64,000 nucleotides of DNA. Source: Eledone cirrhosa. Lineage: Eukaryota. Below are positions 18,001-33,373 of this stretch, piece by piece. A program made the translations under genes and the position numbers. Where the stretch lies: positions 366,916,001 through 366,980,000 of the forward strand of contig OZ024743.1 in the NCBI GenBank assembly GCA_964016885.1, given 5' to 3'. Within the stretch, counting starts at the first letter, position 1; every line of letters begins with the position of its first letter. The notes beneath the pieces are model-generated. The model saw only the letters and a program-made list of their open reading frames with translations, searched no databases and had not been told where the DNA came from.

Positions 18001-21000
18001 ACCATCATAGCATACTCAACCATACACAACAACACTATCACAACCATGTCTCCACCACCATCATGGGATACTCAACCATACACAACAACACTATCACAAC
18101 CATGTCTGCCACCACCATCATAGTATACTCAACCATACACAACAACACTATCACAACCATGTCTGCCACCACCAATGCATACTCAACCATACACAACAAC
18201 ACTATCACAACCATGTCTGCCACCACCATCATACCATACTCAACCATACACAACAACACTATCACAACCATGTCTGCCACCACCATCATGGGATACTCAA
18301 CCATACACAACAACCACTATCACAACCATGTCTACCACCACCATCATAGCATACTCAACCATACACAACAACCACTATCACAACCATGTCTACCACCACC
18401 ATCATAGCATACTCAACCATACACAACAACACTATCACAACCATGTCTGCCACCACCATCATGGCATACTCAACCATACACAACAACCACTATCACAACC
18501 ATGTCTACCACTACCATCATAGCATACTCAACCATACACAACAACCACTATCACAACCATGTCTACCACCACCATCATAGCATACTCAACCATACACAAC
18601 AACACTATCACAACCATGTCTGCCACCACCATCATGGCATACTCAACCATACACAACAACCACTATCACAACCATGTCTACCACCACCATCATAGCATAC
18701 TCAACCATACACAACAACACTATCACAACCATGTCTGCCACCACCATCATGGCATACTCAACCATACACAACAACACTATCACAACCATGTCTACCACTA
18801 CCATCATAGCATACTCAACCATACACAACAACACTATCACAACCATGTCTGCCACCACCATCATGGCATACTCAACCATACACAACAACACTATCACAAC
18901 CATGTCTGCCACCACCATCATGGCATACTCAACCATACACAACAACCACTATCACAACCATGTCTACCACCACCATCATAGCATACTCAACCATACACAA
19001 CAACCACTATCACAACCATGTCTGCCACCACCATCATAGCATACTCAACCATACACAACAACACTACAACAACCATGTCTACCACCACCATCATAGCATA
19101 CTCAACCATACACAACAAACACTATCACAACCATGTCTGCCACCACCATCATAGCATACTCAACCATACACAACAACCACTATCACAACCATGTCTGCCA
19201 CCACCATCATAGCATACTCAACCATACACAACAACACTACAACAACCATGTCTACCACCACCATCATAGCATACTCAACTATCACAACCATGTCTACCAC
19301 CACCATCATAGCATACTCAACCGTACACAACCATGTCTGCCACCACCATCATAGCATACACAACAACAATATCACAACCATGTCTACAACCACCATCATG
19401 GCATACTCAACCATACACAACCACTATCACAACCATGTCTGCCACCACCATCATAGCATACTCAACCATACACAACAACACTATCACAACCATTCTACCA
19501 CCACCATCATAGCATACTCAACCATACACAACCATGTCTACCACCACCATCATAGCATACTCAACCATACACAACAACACTATCACAACCATGTCTACCA
19601 CCACCATCATGGCATACTCAACCATACACAACAACACTATCACAACCATGTCTACCACCACCATCATAGCATACTCAACCATACACAACAACACTATCAC
19701 AACCATGTCTACCACCACCATCATAGCATACTCAACCATACACAACAACACTATCACAACCATGTCTGCCACCACCATCATGACATACTCAACCATACAC
19801 AACAAACACTATCACAACCATGTCTACCACCACCATCATAGCATACTCAACCATACACAACAACCACTATCATAACCATGTCTACCACCACCAATATAGC
19901 ATACTCAACCATACACAACAATCACTATCACAACCATGTCTGCCACCACCATCATGGCATACTCAACCATACACAACAACCACTATCACAACCATGTCTA
20001 CCACCACCATCATAGCATACTCAATCATACACAACAATCACTATCACAACCATGTCTGCCACCACCATCATAGCATACTCAACCATACACAACAACCACT
20101 ATCACAACCATGTCTACCACCACCATCATAGCATACTCAACCATACACAACAATCACTATCACAACCATGTCTGCCACCACCATCATAGCATACTCAACC
20201 ATACACAACAATCACTATCACAACCATGTCTGCCACCACCATCATAGCATACTCAACCATACACAACAACCACTATCACAACCATGTCTGCCACCACCAT
20301 CATAGCATACTCAAACATACACAACAACACTATCACAACCATGTCTACCACCACCATCATAGCATACTCAAACATACACAACAACACTATCACAACCATG
20401 TCTGCCACCACCATCATAGCATACTCAAACATACACAACAACACTACAACAACCATGTCTACCACCACCATCATAGCATACTCAACCATACACAACAACA
20501 CTATCACAACCATGTCTGCCACCACCATCATAGCATACTCAAACATACACAACAACACTATCACAACCATGTCTACCACCACCATCATAGCATACTCAAA
20601 CATACACAACAACACTATCACAACCATGTCTGCCACCACCATCATAGCATACTCAAACATACACAACAACACTACAACAACCATGTCTACCACCACCATC
20701 ATAGCATACTCAACCATACACAACAACACTATCACAACCATGTCTGCCACCACCATCATAGCATACTCAACCATACACAACAACACTATCACAACCATGT
20801 CTACCACCACCATCATGGCATACTCAACCATACACAACCTTGTCTACCACCACCATCATAGCATACTCAACCATACACAACAACACTATCACAACCATGT
20901 CTACCACCACCATCATGGCATACTCAACCATACACAACCTTGTCTACCACCACCATCATAGCATACTCAACCATACACAACAACACTATCACAACCATGT

Positions 21001-24000
21001 CTGCCACCACCATCATGGCATACTCAACCATACACAACAACACTATCACAACCATGTCTGCCACCACCATCATAGCATACTCAACCATACACAACAACAC
21101 TATCACAACCATGTCTCCACCACCATCATGGGATACTCAACCATACACAACAACACTATCACAACCATGTCTACCACCACCATCATGGCATACTCAACCA
21201 TACACAACCTTGTCTACCACCACCATCATAGCATACTCAACCATACACAACAACACTATCACAACCATGTCTGCCACCACCATCATGGCATACTCAACCA
21301 TACACAACAACACTATCACAACCATGTCTGCCACCACCATCATAGCATACTCAACCATACACAACAACACTATCACAACCATGTCTCCACCACCATCATG
21401 GGATACTCAACCATACACAACAACACTATCACAACCATGTCTGCCACCACCATCATAGTATACTCAACCATACACAACAACACTATCACAACCATGTCTG
21501 CCACCACCAATGCATACTCAACCATACACAACAACACTATCACAACCATGTCTGCCACCACCATCATACCATACTCAACCATACACAACAACACTATCAC
21601 AACCATGTCTGCCACCACCATCATGGGATACTCAACCATACACAACAACCACTATCACAACCATGTCTACCACCACCATCATAGCATACTCAACCATACA
21701 CAACAACACTATCACAACCATGTCTGCCACCACCATCATGGCATACTCAACCATACACAACAACCACTATCACAACCATGTCTACCACTACCATCATAGC
21801 ATACTCAACCATACACAACAACCACTATCACAACCATGTCTACCACCACCATCATAGCATACTCAACCATACACAACAACACTATCACAACCATGTCTGC
21901 CACCACCATCATGGCATACTCAACCATACACAACAACCACTATCACAACCATGTCTACCACCACCATCATAGCATACTCAACCATACACAACAACACTAT
22001 CACAACCATGTCTGCCACCACCATCATGGCATACTCAACCATACACAACAACACTATCACAACCATGTCTACCACTACCATCATAGCATACTCAACCATA
22101 CACAACAACACTATCACAACCATGTCTGCCACCACCATCATGGCATACTCAACCATACACAACAACACTATCACAACCATGTCTGCCACCACCATCATGG
22201 CATACTCAACCATACACAACAACCACTATCACAACCATGTCTACCACTACCATCATAGCATACTCAACCATACACAACAACCACTATCACAACCATGTCT
22301 GCCACCACCATCATAGCATACTCAACCATACACAACAACACTACAACAACCATGTCTACCACCACCATCATAGCATACTCAACCATACACAACAAACACT
22401 ATCACAACCATGTCTGCCACCACCATCATAGCATACTCAACCATACACAACAACCACTATCACAACCATGTCTGCCACCACCATCATAGCATACTCAACC
22501 ATACACAACAACACTACAACAACCATGTCTACCACCACCATCATAGCATACTCAACTATCACAACCATGTCTACCACCACCATCATAGCATACTCAACCG
22601 TACACAACCATGTCTGCCACCACCATCATAGCATACACAACAACAATATCACAACCATGTCTACAACCACCATCATGGCATACTCAACCATACACAACCA
22701 CTATCACAACCATGTCTGCCACCACCATCATAGCATACTCAACCATACACAACAACACTATCACAACCATTCTACCACCACCATCATAGCATACTCAACC
22801 ATACACAACCATGTCTACCACCACCATCATAGCATACTCAACCATACACAACAACACTATCACAACCATGTCTACCACCACCATCATGGCATACTCAACC
22901 ATACACAACAACACTATCACAACCATGTCTACCACCACCATCATAGCATACTCAACCATACACAACAACACTATCACAACCATGTCTACCACCACCATCA
23001 TAGCATACTCAACCATACACAACAACACTATCACAACCATGTCTGCCACCACCATCATGACATACTCAACCATACACAACAAACACTATCACAACCATGT
23101 CTACCACCACCATCATAGCATACTCAACCATACACAACAACCACTATCACAACCATGTCTACCACCACCAATATAGCATACTCAACCATACACAACAATC
23201 ACTATCACAACCATGTCTGCCACCACCATCATGGCATACTCAACCATACACAACAACCACTATCACAACCATGTCTACCACCACCATCATAGCATACTCA
23301 ATCATACACAACAATCACTATCACAACCATGTCTGCCACCACCATCATAGCATACTCAACCATACACAACAACCACTATCACAACCATGTCTACCACCAC
23401 CATCATAGCATACTCAACCATACACAACAATCACTATCACAACCATGTCTGCCACCACCATAGCATACTCAACCATACACAACAATCACTATCACAACCA
23501 TGTCTGCCACCACCATCATAGCATACTCAACCATACACAACAACCACTATCACAACCATGTCTGCCACCACCATCATAGCATACTCAAACATACACAACA
23601 ACACTATCACAACCATGTCTACCACCACCATCATAGCATACTCAAACATACACAACAACACTATCACAACCATGTCTGCCACCACCATCATAGCATACTC
23701 AAACATACACAACAACACTACAACAACCATGTCTACCACCACCATCATAGCATACTCAACCATACACAACAACACTATCACAACCATGTCTACCACAACC
23801 ATCATAGCATACTCAACCATACACAACAACACTATCACAACCATGTCTGCCACCACCATCATAGCATACACAACAACACTATCACAACCATGTCTACCAC
23901 GACCATCATAGCATACTCAACTATCACAACCATGTCTACCACCACCATCATAGCATACTCAACCGTACACAACCATGTCTGCCACCACCATCATAGCATA

Positions 24001-27000
24001 CTCAACCATACACAACAACACTATCACAACCATGTCTGCCACCACCATCATAGCATACTCAACCATACACAACAACCACTATCACAACCATGTCTGCCAC
24101 CACCATCATAGTATACTCAACCATACACAACAACACTATCACAACCATGTCTGCCACCACCATCATAGCATACTCAACCATACACAACAACCACTATCAC
24201 AACCATGTCTGCCACCACCATCATAGCATACTCAACCATACACAACAACCACTATCACAACCATGTCTGCCACCACCATCATAGTATACTCAACCATACA
24301 CAACAACACTATCACAACCATGTCTACCTCCACCATCATAGCATACTCAACCATACACAACAACCACTATCACAACCATGTCTGCCACCACCATCATAGC
24401 ATACTCAACCATACACAACAACCGCTATCACAACCATGTCTGCCACCACCATCATAGCATACTCAACCATACATAACAACACTATCACAACCATGTCTAC
24501 CACCACCATGATAGCATACACAACCATACACAACAAACACTATCACAACCATGTCTGCCACCACCATCATAGCATACTCAACCATACACAACAACCACTA
24601 TCACAACCATGTCTGCCACCACCATCATAGCATACACAACAACACTACAACAACCATGTCTACCACCACCATCATAGCATACTCAACCATACACAACAAC
24701 CACTATCACAACCATGTCTGCCACCACCATCATAGCATACTCAACCATACACAACAACACTATCACAACCATGTCTACCACCACCATCATAGCATACTCA
24801 ACCATACACAACAACCACTATCACAACCATGTCTGCCACCACCATCATAGCATACTCAACCATACACAACAACACTACAACAACGATGTCTACCACCACC
24901 ATCATAGCATACTCAACCATACACAACAAACACTATCACAACCATGTCTGCCACCACCATCATAGCATACTCAACCATACACAACAACCACTATCACAAC
25001 CATGTCTGCCACCACCATCATAGCATACTCAACCATACACAACAACACTACAACAACCATGTCTACCACCACCATCATAGCATACTCAACTATCACAACC
25101 ATGTCTACCACCACCATCATAGCATACTCAACCGTACACAACCATGTCTGCCACCACCATCATAGCATACACAACAACAATATCACAACCATGTCTACAA
25201 CCACCATCATGGCATACTCAACCATACACAACCACTATCACAACCATGTCTGCCACCACCATCATAGCATACTCAACCATACACAACAACACTATCACAA
25301 CCATGTCTACCACCACCATCATGGCATACTCAACCATACACAACCATGTCTACCACCACCATCATAGCATACTCAACCATACACAATAACACTATCACAA
25401 CCATGTCTGCCACCACCATCATAGCATACTCAACCATACACAACAACACTATCACAACCATGTCTGCCACCACCATCATAACATACTCAACCATACACAA
25501 CAACCACTATCACAACCATGTCTTCCACCACCATCATGGCATACTCAACCATACACAACAACCACTATCACAACCATGTCTGCCACCACCATCATAGCAT
25601 ACTCAACCATACACAACAACACTATCACAACCGTGTCTGCCACCACCATCATAGCATACTCAACCATACACAACAACACTATCACAACCATGTCTGCCAC
25701 CACCATCATAGCATACTCAACCATACACAACAATCACTATCACAACCATGTCTGCCACCACCATCATGGCATACTCAACCATACACAACAACCACTATCA
25801 CAACCATGTCTGCCACCACCATCATAGCATACTCAACCATACACAACAACCACTATCACAACCATGTCTGCCACCACCATCATAGCATACTCAACCATAT
25901 ACAACAACCACTATCACAACCATGTCTGCCACCACCATCATGGCATACTCAACCATACACAACAACCACTGTCACAACCATGTCTACCACCACCATCATA
26001 GCATACTCAACCATACACAACAACACTATCACAACCATTCTACCACCACCATCATAGCATACTCAACCATACACAACGATGTCTACCACCACCATCATAG
26101 CATACTCAACCATACACAACAACACTATCACAACCATGTCTGCCACCACCATCATAGCATACACAACAACACTATCACAACCATGTCTACCACCACCATC
26201 ATAGCATACTCAACCATACACAACACTATCACAACCATGTCTACCACCACCATCATAGCATACTCAACCATACACAACAACACTATCACAACCATGTCTA
26301 CCACCACCATCATAGCATACTCAACCATACACAACACTACAACAACCATGTCTACCACCACCATCATAGCATACTCAACCATACACAACAACACTATCAC
26401 AACCATGTCTACCACAACCATCATAGCATACTCAACCATACACAACAACACTATCACAACCATGTCTGCCACCACCATCATAGCATACTAAACCATACAC
26501 AACCACTATCACAACCATGTCTACCACCACCATCATAGCATACTCAACCATACACAACACTATCACAACCATGTCTTCCACCACCATCATAGAATACTCA
26601 ACTATCACAACCATGTCTACCACCACCATCATAGCATACTCAACCATACACAACCATGTCTGCCACCACCATCATAGCATACTCAACCATACACAACAAC
26701 ACTATCACAACCATGTCTACAACCACCATCATGGCATACTCAACCATACACAACAACACTATCACAACCATGTCTACAACCACCATCATAACATACTCAA
26801 CCATACACAACAACACTATCACAACCATGTCTACCACCACCATCATGGCATACTCAACCATACACAACCATGTCTACCACCACCATCATAGCATACTCAA
26901 CCATACACAACAACACTATCACAACCATGTCTACCACCACCATCATAGCATACTCAACCATACACAACAACACTATCACAACCATGTCTGCCACCACCAT

Positions 27001-28935
27001 CATAGCATACTCAACCATACACAACAACACTATCACAACCATGTCTACCACCACCATCATGGCATACTCAACCATACACAACCTTGTCTACCACCACCAT
27101 CATAGCATACTCAACCATACACAACAACACTATCACAACCATGTCTACCACCACCATCATGGCATACTCAACCATACACAACCTTGTCTACCACCACCAT
27201 CATAGCATACTCAACCATACACAACAACACTATCACAACCATGTCTGCCACCACCATCATGGCATACTCAACCATACACAACAACACTATCACAACCATG
27301 TCTGCCACCACCATCATAGCATACTCAACCATACACAACAACACTATCACAACCATGTCTCCACCACCATCATGGGATACTCAACCATACACAACAACAC
27401 TATCACAACCATGTCTACCACCACCATCATGGCATACTCAACCATACACAACCTTGTCTACCACCACCATCATAGCATACTCAACCATACACAACAACAC
27501 TATCACAACCATGTCTGCCACCACCATCATGGCATACTCAACCATACACAACAACACTATCACAACCATGTCTGCCACCACCATCATAGCATACTCAACC
27601 ATACACAACAACACTATCACAACCATGTCTCCACCACCATCATGGGATACTCAACCATACACAACAACACTATCACAACCATGTCTGCCACCACCATCAT
27701 AGTATACTCAACCATACACAACAACACTATCACAACCATGTCTGCCACCACCAATGCATACTCAACCATACACAACAACACTATCACAACCATGTCTGCC
27801 ACCACCATCATACCATACTCAACCATACACAACAACACTATCACAACCATGTCTGCCACCACCATCATGGGATACTCAACCATACACAACAACCACTATC
27901 ACAACCATGTCTACCACCACCATCATAGCATACTCAACCATACACAACAACCACTATCACAACCATGTCTACCACCACCATCATAGCATACTCAACCATA
28001 CACAACAACACTATCACAACCATGTCTGCCACCACCATCATGGCATACTCAACCATACACAACAACCACTATCACAACCATGTCTACCACTACCATCATA
28101 GCATACTCAACCATACACAACAACCACTATCACAACCATGTCTACCACCACCATCATAGCATACTCAACCATACACAACAACACTATCACAACCATGTCT
28201 GCCACCACCATCATGGCATACTCAACCATACACAACAACCACTATCACAACCATGTCTACCACCACCATCATAGCATACTCAACCATACACAACAACACT
28301 ATCACAACCATGTCTGCCACCACCATCATGGCATACTCAACCATACACAACAACACTATCACAACCATGTCTACCACTACCATCATAGCATACTCAACCA
28401 TACACAACAACACTATCACAACCATGTCTGCCACCACCATCATGGCATACTCAACCATACACAACAACACTATCACAACCATGTCTGCCACCACCATCAT
28501 GGCATACTCAACCATACACAACAACCACTATCACAACCATGTCTACCACTACCATCATAGCATACTCAACCATACACAACAACCACTATCACAACCATGT
28601 CTGCCACCACCATCATAGCATACTCAACCATACACAACACTATCACAACCATGTCTACCACCACCATCATGGCATACTCAACCATACACAACAACCACTA
28701 TCACAACCATGTCTACCACTACCATCATAGCATACTCAACCATACACAACAACCACTATCACAACCATGTCTGCCACCACCATCATAGCATACTCAACCA
28801 TACACAACACTATCACAACCATGTCTGCCACCACCATCATGGCATACTCAACCATACACAACAACACTATCACAACCATGTCTGCCACCACCATCATGGC
28901 ATACTCAACCATACACAACAACCACTATCACAACC

Positions 28936-29320
28936 ATGTCTACCACCACCATCATAGCATACTCAACCATACACAACACTATCACAACCATGTCTGCCAC
29001 CACCATCATAGCATACTCAACCATACACAACACTATCACAACCATGTCTGCCACCACCATCATAGCATACTCAACCATACACAACACTATCACAACCATG
29101 TCTACCACCACCATCATAGCATACTCAACCATACACAACACTATCACAACCATGTCTGCCACCACCATCATAGCATACTCAACCATACACAACACTATCA
29201 CAACCATGTCTACCACCACCATCATAGCATACTCAACCATACACAACACTATCACAACCATGTCTACCACCACCATCATAGCATACTCAACCATACACAA
29301 TACTATCACAACCATGTCTG
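28936..29320. repeat. Run of 54-bp variant monomers (one CAA lost); repeated at ~31223-31610
   Basis: Units read ...CATACACAACACTATCACAACC...; the ORF track shows an 18-aa period (MSATTIIAYSTIHNTITT). Confidence 0.85.
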
Positions 29321-31865
29321 CCACCACCATCATAGCATACTCAACCATACACAACAACACTATCACAACCATGTCTGCCACCACCATCATGGCATACTCA
29401 ACCATACACAACAACACTATCACAACCATGTCTGCCACCACCATCATGGCATACTCAACCATACACAACCATGTCTGCCACCACCATCATAGCATACTCA
29501 ACCATACACAACAACACTATCACAACCATGTCTGCCACCACCATCATGGCATACTCAACCATACACAACAACACTATCACAACCATGTCTGCCACCACCA
29601 TCATAGCATACTCAACCATACACAACAACACTATCACAACCATGTCTCCACCACCATCATGGGATACTCAACCATACACAACAACACTATCACAACCATG
29701 TCTACCACCACCATCATGGCATACTCAACCATACACAACCTTGTCTACCACCACCATCATAGCATACTCAACCATACACAACAACACTATCACAACCATG
29801 TCTGCCACCACCATCATGGCATACTCAACCATACACAACAACACTATCACAACCATGTCTGCCACCACCATCATAGCATACTCAACCATACACAACAACA
29901 CTATCACAACCATGTCTCCACCACCATCATGGGATACTCAACCATACACAACAACACTATCACAACCATGTCTGCCACCACCATCATAGTATACTCAACC
30001 ATACACAACAACACTATCACAACCATGTCTGCCACCACCAATGCATACTCAACCATACACAACAACACTATCACAACCATGTCTGCCACCACCATCATAC
30101 CATACTCAACCATACACAACAACACTATCACAACCATGTCTGCCACCACCATCATGGGATACTCAACCATACACAACAACCACTATCACAACCATGTCTA
30201 CCACCACCATCATAGCATACTCAACCATACACAACAACCACTATCACAACCATGTCTACCACCACCATCATAGCATACTCAACCATACACAACAACACTA
30301 TCACAACCATGTCTGCCACCACCATCATGGCATACTCAACCATACACAACAACCACTATCACAACCATGTCTACCACTACCATCATAGCATACTCAACCA
30401 TACACAACAACCACTATCACAACCATGTCTACCACCACCATCATAGCATACTCAACCATACACAACAACACTATCACAACCATGTCTGCCACCACCATCA
30501 TGGCATACTCAACCATACACAACAACCACTATCACAACCATGTCTACCACCACCATCATAGCATACTCAACCATACACAACAACACTATCACAACCATGT
30601 CTGCCACCACCATCATGGCATACTCAACCATACACAACAACACTATCACAACCATGTCTACCACTACCATCATAGCATACTCAACCATACACAACAACAC
30701 TATCACAACCATGTCTGCCACCACCATCATGGCATACTCAACCATACACAACAACACTATCACAACCATGTCTGCCACCACCATCATGGCATACTCAACC
30801 ATACACAACAACCACTATCACAACCATGTCTACCACTACCATCATAGCATACTCAACCATACACAACAACCACTATCACAACCATGTCTGCCACCACCAT
30901 CATAGCATACTCAACCATACACAACACTATCACAACCATGTCTACCACCACCATCATGGCATACTCAACCATACACAACAACCACTATCACAACCATGTC
31001 TACCACTACCATCATAGCATACTCAACCATACACAACAACCACTATCACAACCATGTCTGCCACCACCATCATAGCATACTCAACCATACACAACACTAT
31101 CACAACCATGTCTGCCACCACCATCATGGCATACTCAACCATACACAACAACACTATCACAACCATGTCTGCCACCACCATCATGGCATACTCAACCATA
31201 CACAACAACCACTATCACAACCATGTCTACCACCACCATCATAGCATACTCAACCATACACAACACTATCACAACCATGTCTGCCACCACCATCATAGCA
31301 TACTCAACCATACACAACACTATCACAACCATGTCTGCCACCACCATCATAGCATACTCAACCATACACAACACTATCACAACCATGTCTACCACCACCA
31401 TCATAGCATACTCAACCATACACAACACTATCACAACCATGTCTGCCACCACCATCATAGCATACTCAACCATACACAACACTATCACAACCATGTCTAC
31501 CACCACCATCATAGCATACTCAACCATACACAACACTATCACAACCATGTCTACCACCACCATCATAGCATACTCAACCATACACAACACTATCACAACC
31601 ATGTCTGCCACCACCATCATAGCATACTCAACCATACACAACAACACTATCACAACCATGTCTGCCACCACCATCATGGCATACTCAACCATACACAACA
31701 ACACTATCACAACCATGTCTGCCACCACCATCATGGCATACTCAACCATACACAACCATGTCTGCCACCACCATCATGGCATACTCAACCATACACAACA
31801 ACCACTATCACAACCATGTCTACCACCACCATCATAGCATACTCAACCATACACAACCACTACCA

Positions 31866-32502
31866 CAACCATGTCTACCACCACCATCATGGCATACTCG
31901 ACCATACACAACGATGTCTGCCACCACCATCATGGCATACTCGACCATACACAACCATGTCTGCTACCACCATCATGGCATACTCAACCATACACAACCA
32001 TGTCTGCCACCACCATCATGGCATACTCGACCATACACAACCATGTCTACCACCACCATCATGGCATACTCAACCATACACAACCATGTCTGCCACCACC
32101 ATCATGGCATACTCGACCATACACAACCATGTCTACCACCACCATCATGGCATACTCAACCATACACAACCATGTCTGCCACCACCATCATGGCATACTC
32201 GACCATACACAACCATGTCTACTACCACCATCATGGCATACTCAACCATACACAACCATGTCTGCCACCACCATCATGGCATACTCGACCATACACAACC
32301 ATGTCTACTACCACCATCATGGCATACTCAACCATACACAACCATGTCTGCCACCACCATCATGGCATACTCGACCATACACAACCATGTCTACTACCAC
32401 CATCATGGCATACTCAACCATACACAACCATGTCTGCCACCACCATCATGGCATACTCGACCATACACAACCATGTCTACTACCACCATCATGGCATACT
32501 CG
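31866..32502. repeat. Terminal sub-array of 43-bp monomers forming an 86-bp dimer
   Basis: Unit ACCATGTCT[G/A]C[C/T]ACCACCATCATGGCATACTC[G/A]ACCATACACA. TCTGCC...CTCGACC alternates with TCTAC(T/C)A...CTCAACC. Confidence 0.92.
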
Positions 32503-33283
32503 TCATCACCAGGTATGATATGCTCGCAGCTGTTTGAATTTAATGAATTGCTCTAATGTTGTACAAGGTGGGGGCTCCAATTTCTTCCATGATGGCTGGT
32601 AGGTCATGGAGAGACTTGAACTCATAATACAAAGATCTGGAATAAATACTGTATAGCATCCTGGCTGGAATTCTAGCAATTCTGCTAACTCTTTCTCTTG
32701 TTTAGGAGAGTGGATTGGCAGATATAAATTACTTGACAGAATTAGTTTTGCTTCACAACCATGTGGTTTCAGATTTTATCTGCAAAATGAAAACACATGT
32801 GCCACAATAAAATACACCCAGTTCACTCTGTAAATTTTATGGACCACATAGGATTTGAACTCAGTGGACCTCAGTAAGATTTGAACTCAGAATACAAAGA
32901 ACTAAGGCATTCCATCTGCCACTTCTTGAATAGATTAGGCGAATTATGTAATTAGTCAAGATATTTTATACACACACATACAAATATATACATAAACACA
33001 CATATAAACATACAAATACACACTATGATTTCATACAAATGAAACAGTTCTAGTCCTGTAGAAGCCATTTCTATATTAAACAACGATGCTTACAATCTAC
33101 TAATGTATTGAGTACCTTTTTTAACTGTAGTTATCCCCTGATTTTACTCAACTATCTCAATATATATACATATATTTTGCATATATCCCGTCCAACCCAT
33201 GCTAGTGTGGAAAATAAACATTAAACGATGATATATATATATATATATATATCTGTTATATTCCTTTGTTACATTTTGAATAC

Positions 33284-33373
33284 CTGATGATATCACTGGA
33301 TTCATACTGAACCCAGTCATTGAAATGATCATAGTATAATAAACCTTTCAAGGATTTACACCAGTCCAGCCTC
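33284..33373 (-). CDS. Candidate internal exon (90 nt, phase 2-2), RLDWCKSLKGLLYYDHFNDWVQYESSDII, unknown protein
   Basis: Minus strand aacag|GAGGCTGG...ATCATCAG|gtattc. The frame is open and phase-compatible with the 39357-39526 exon. Weak polypyrimidine tract; no homology recognised. Confidence 0.25.

Larger units (their letters stand above)
1..32502. repeat. Large tandem satellite/minisatellite array, 57/58-bp monomer ACAACCATGTCT[A/G]CCACCACCATCAT[A/G]GCATACTCAACCATACACAACAA(C)CACTATC; runs off the left edge of the window
   Basis: The monomer repeats head-to-tail without interruption. ATG starts in the ORF track recur every 57/58 nt. The array ends abruptly at ...GGCATACTCG|TCATCACCAGG (~32502). 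Confidence 0.99.

Noticed and set aside
1-32502. CRISPR-like array
   Set aside because: There are no unique spacers, no cas genes, and the context is eukaryotic with introns.
1-32502. Canonical telomere repeat
   Set aside because: No (TTAGGG)n/(CCCTAA)n tract is present; the monomer is 43-58 bp.
1-32556. Numerous His-rich/Thr-rich (plus) and Val/Met-rich hydrophobic (minus) ORFs, suggestive of mucin, histidine-rich beak protein or membrane peptides
   Set aside because: They are translations of the satellite. The 58-, 55- and 43-bp units shift frame constantly, TAG stops recur, and there is no signal peptide or non-repetitive domain. The repeats also do not resemble GHGxY beak proteins or GGY suckerins.
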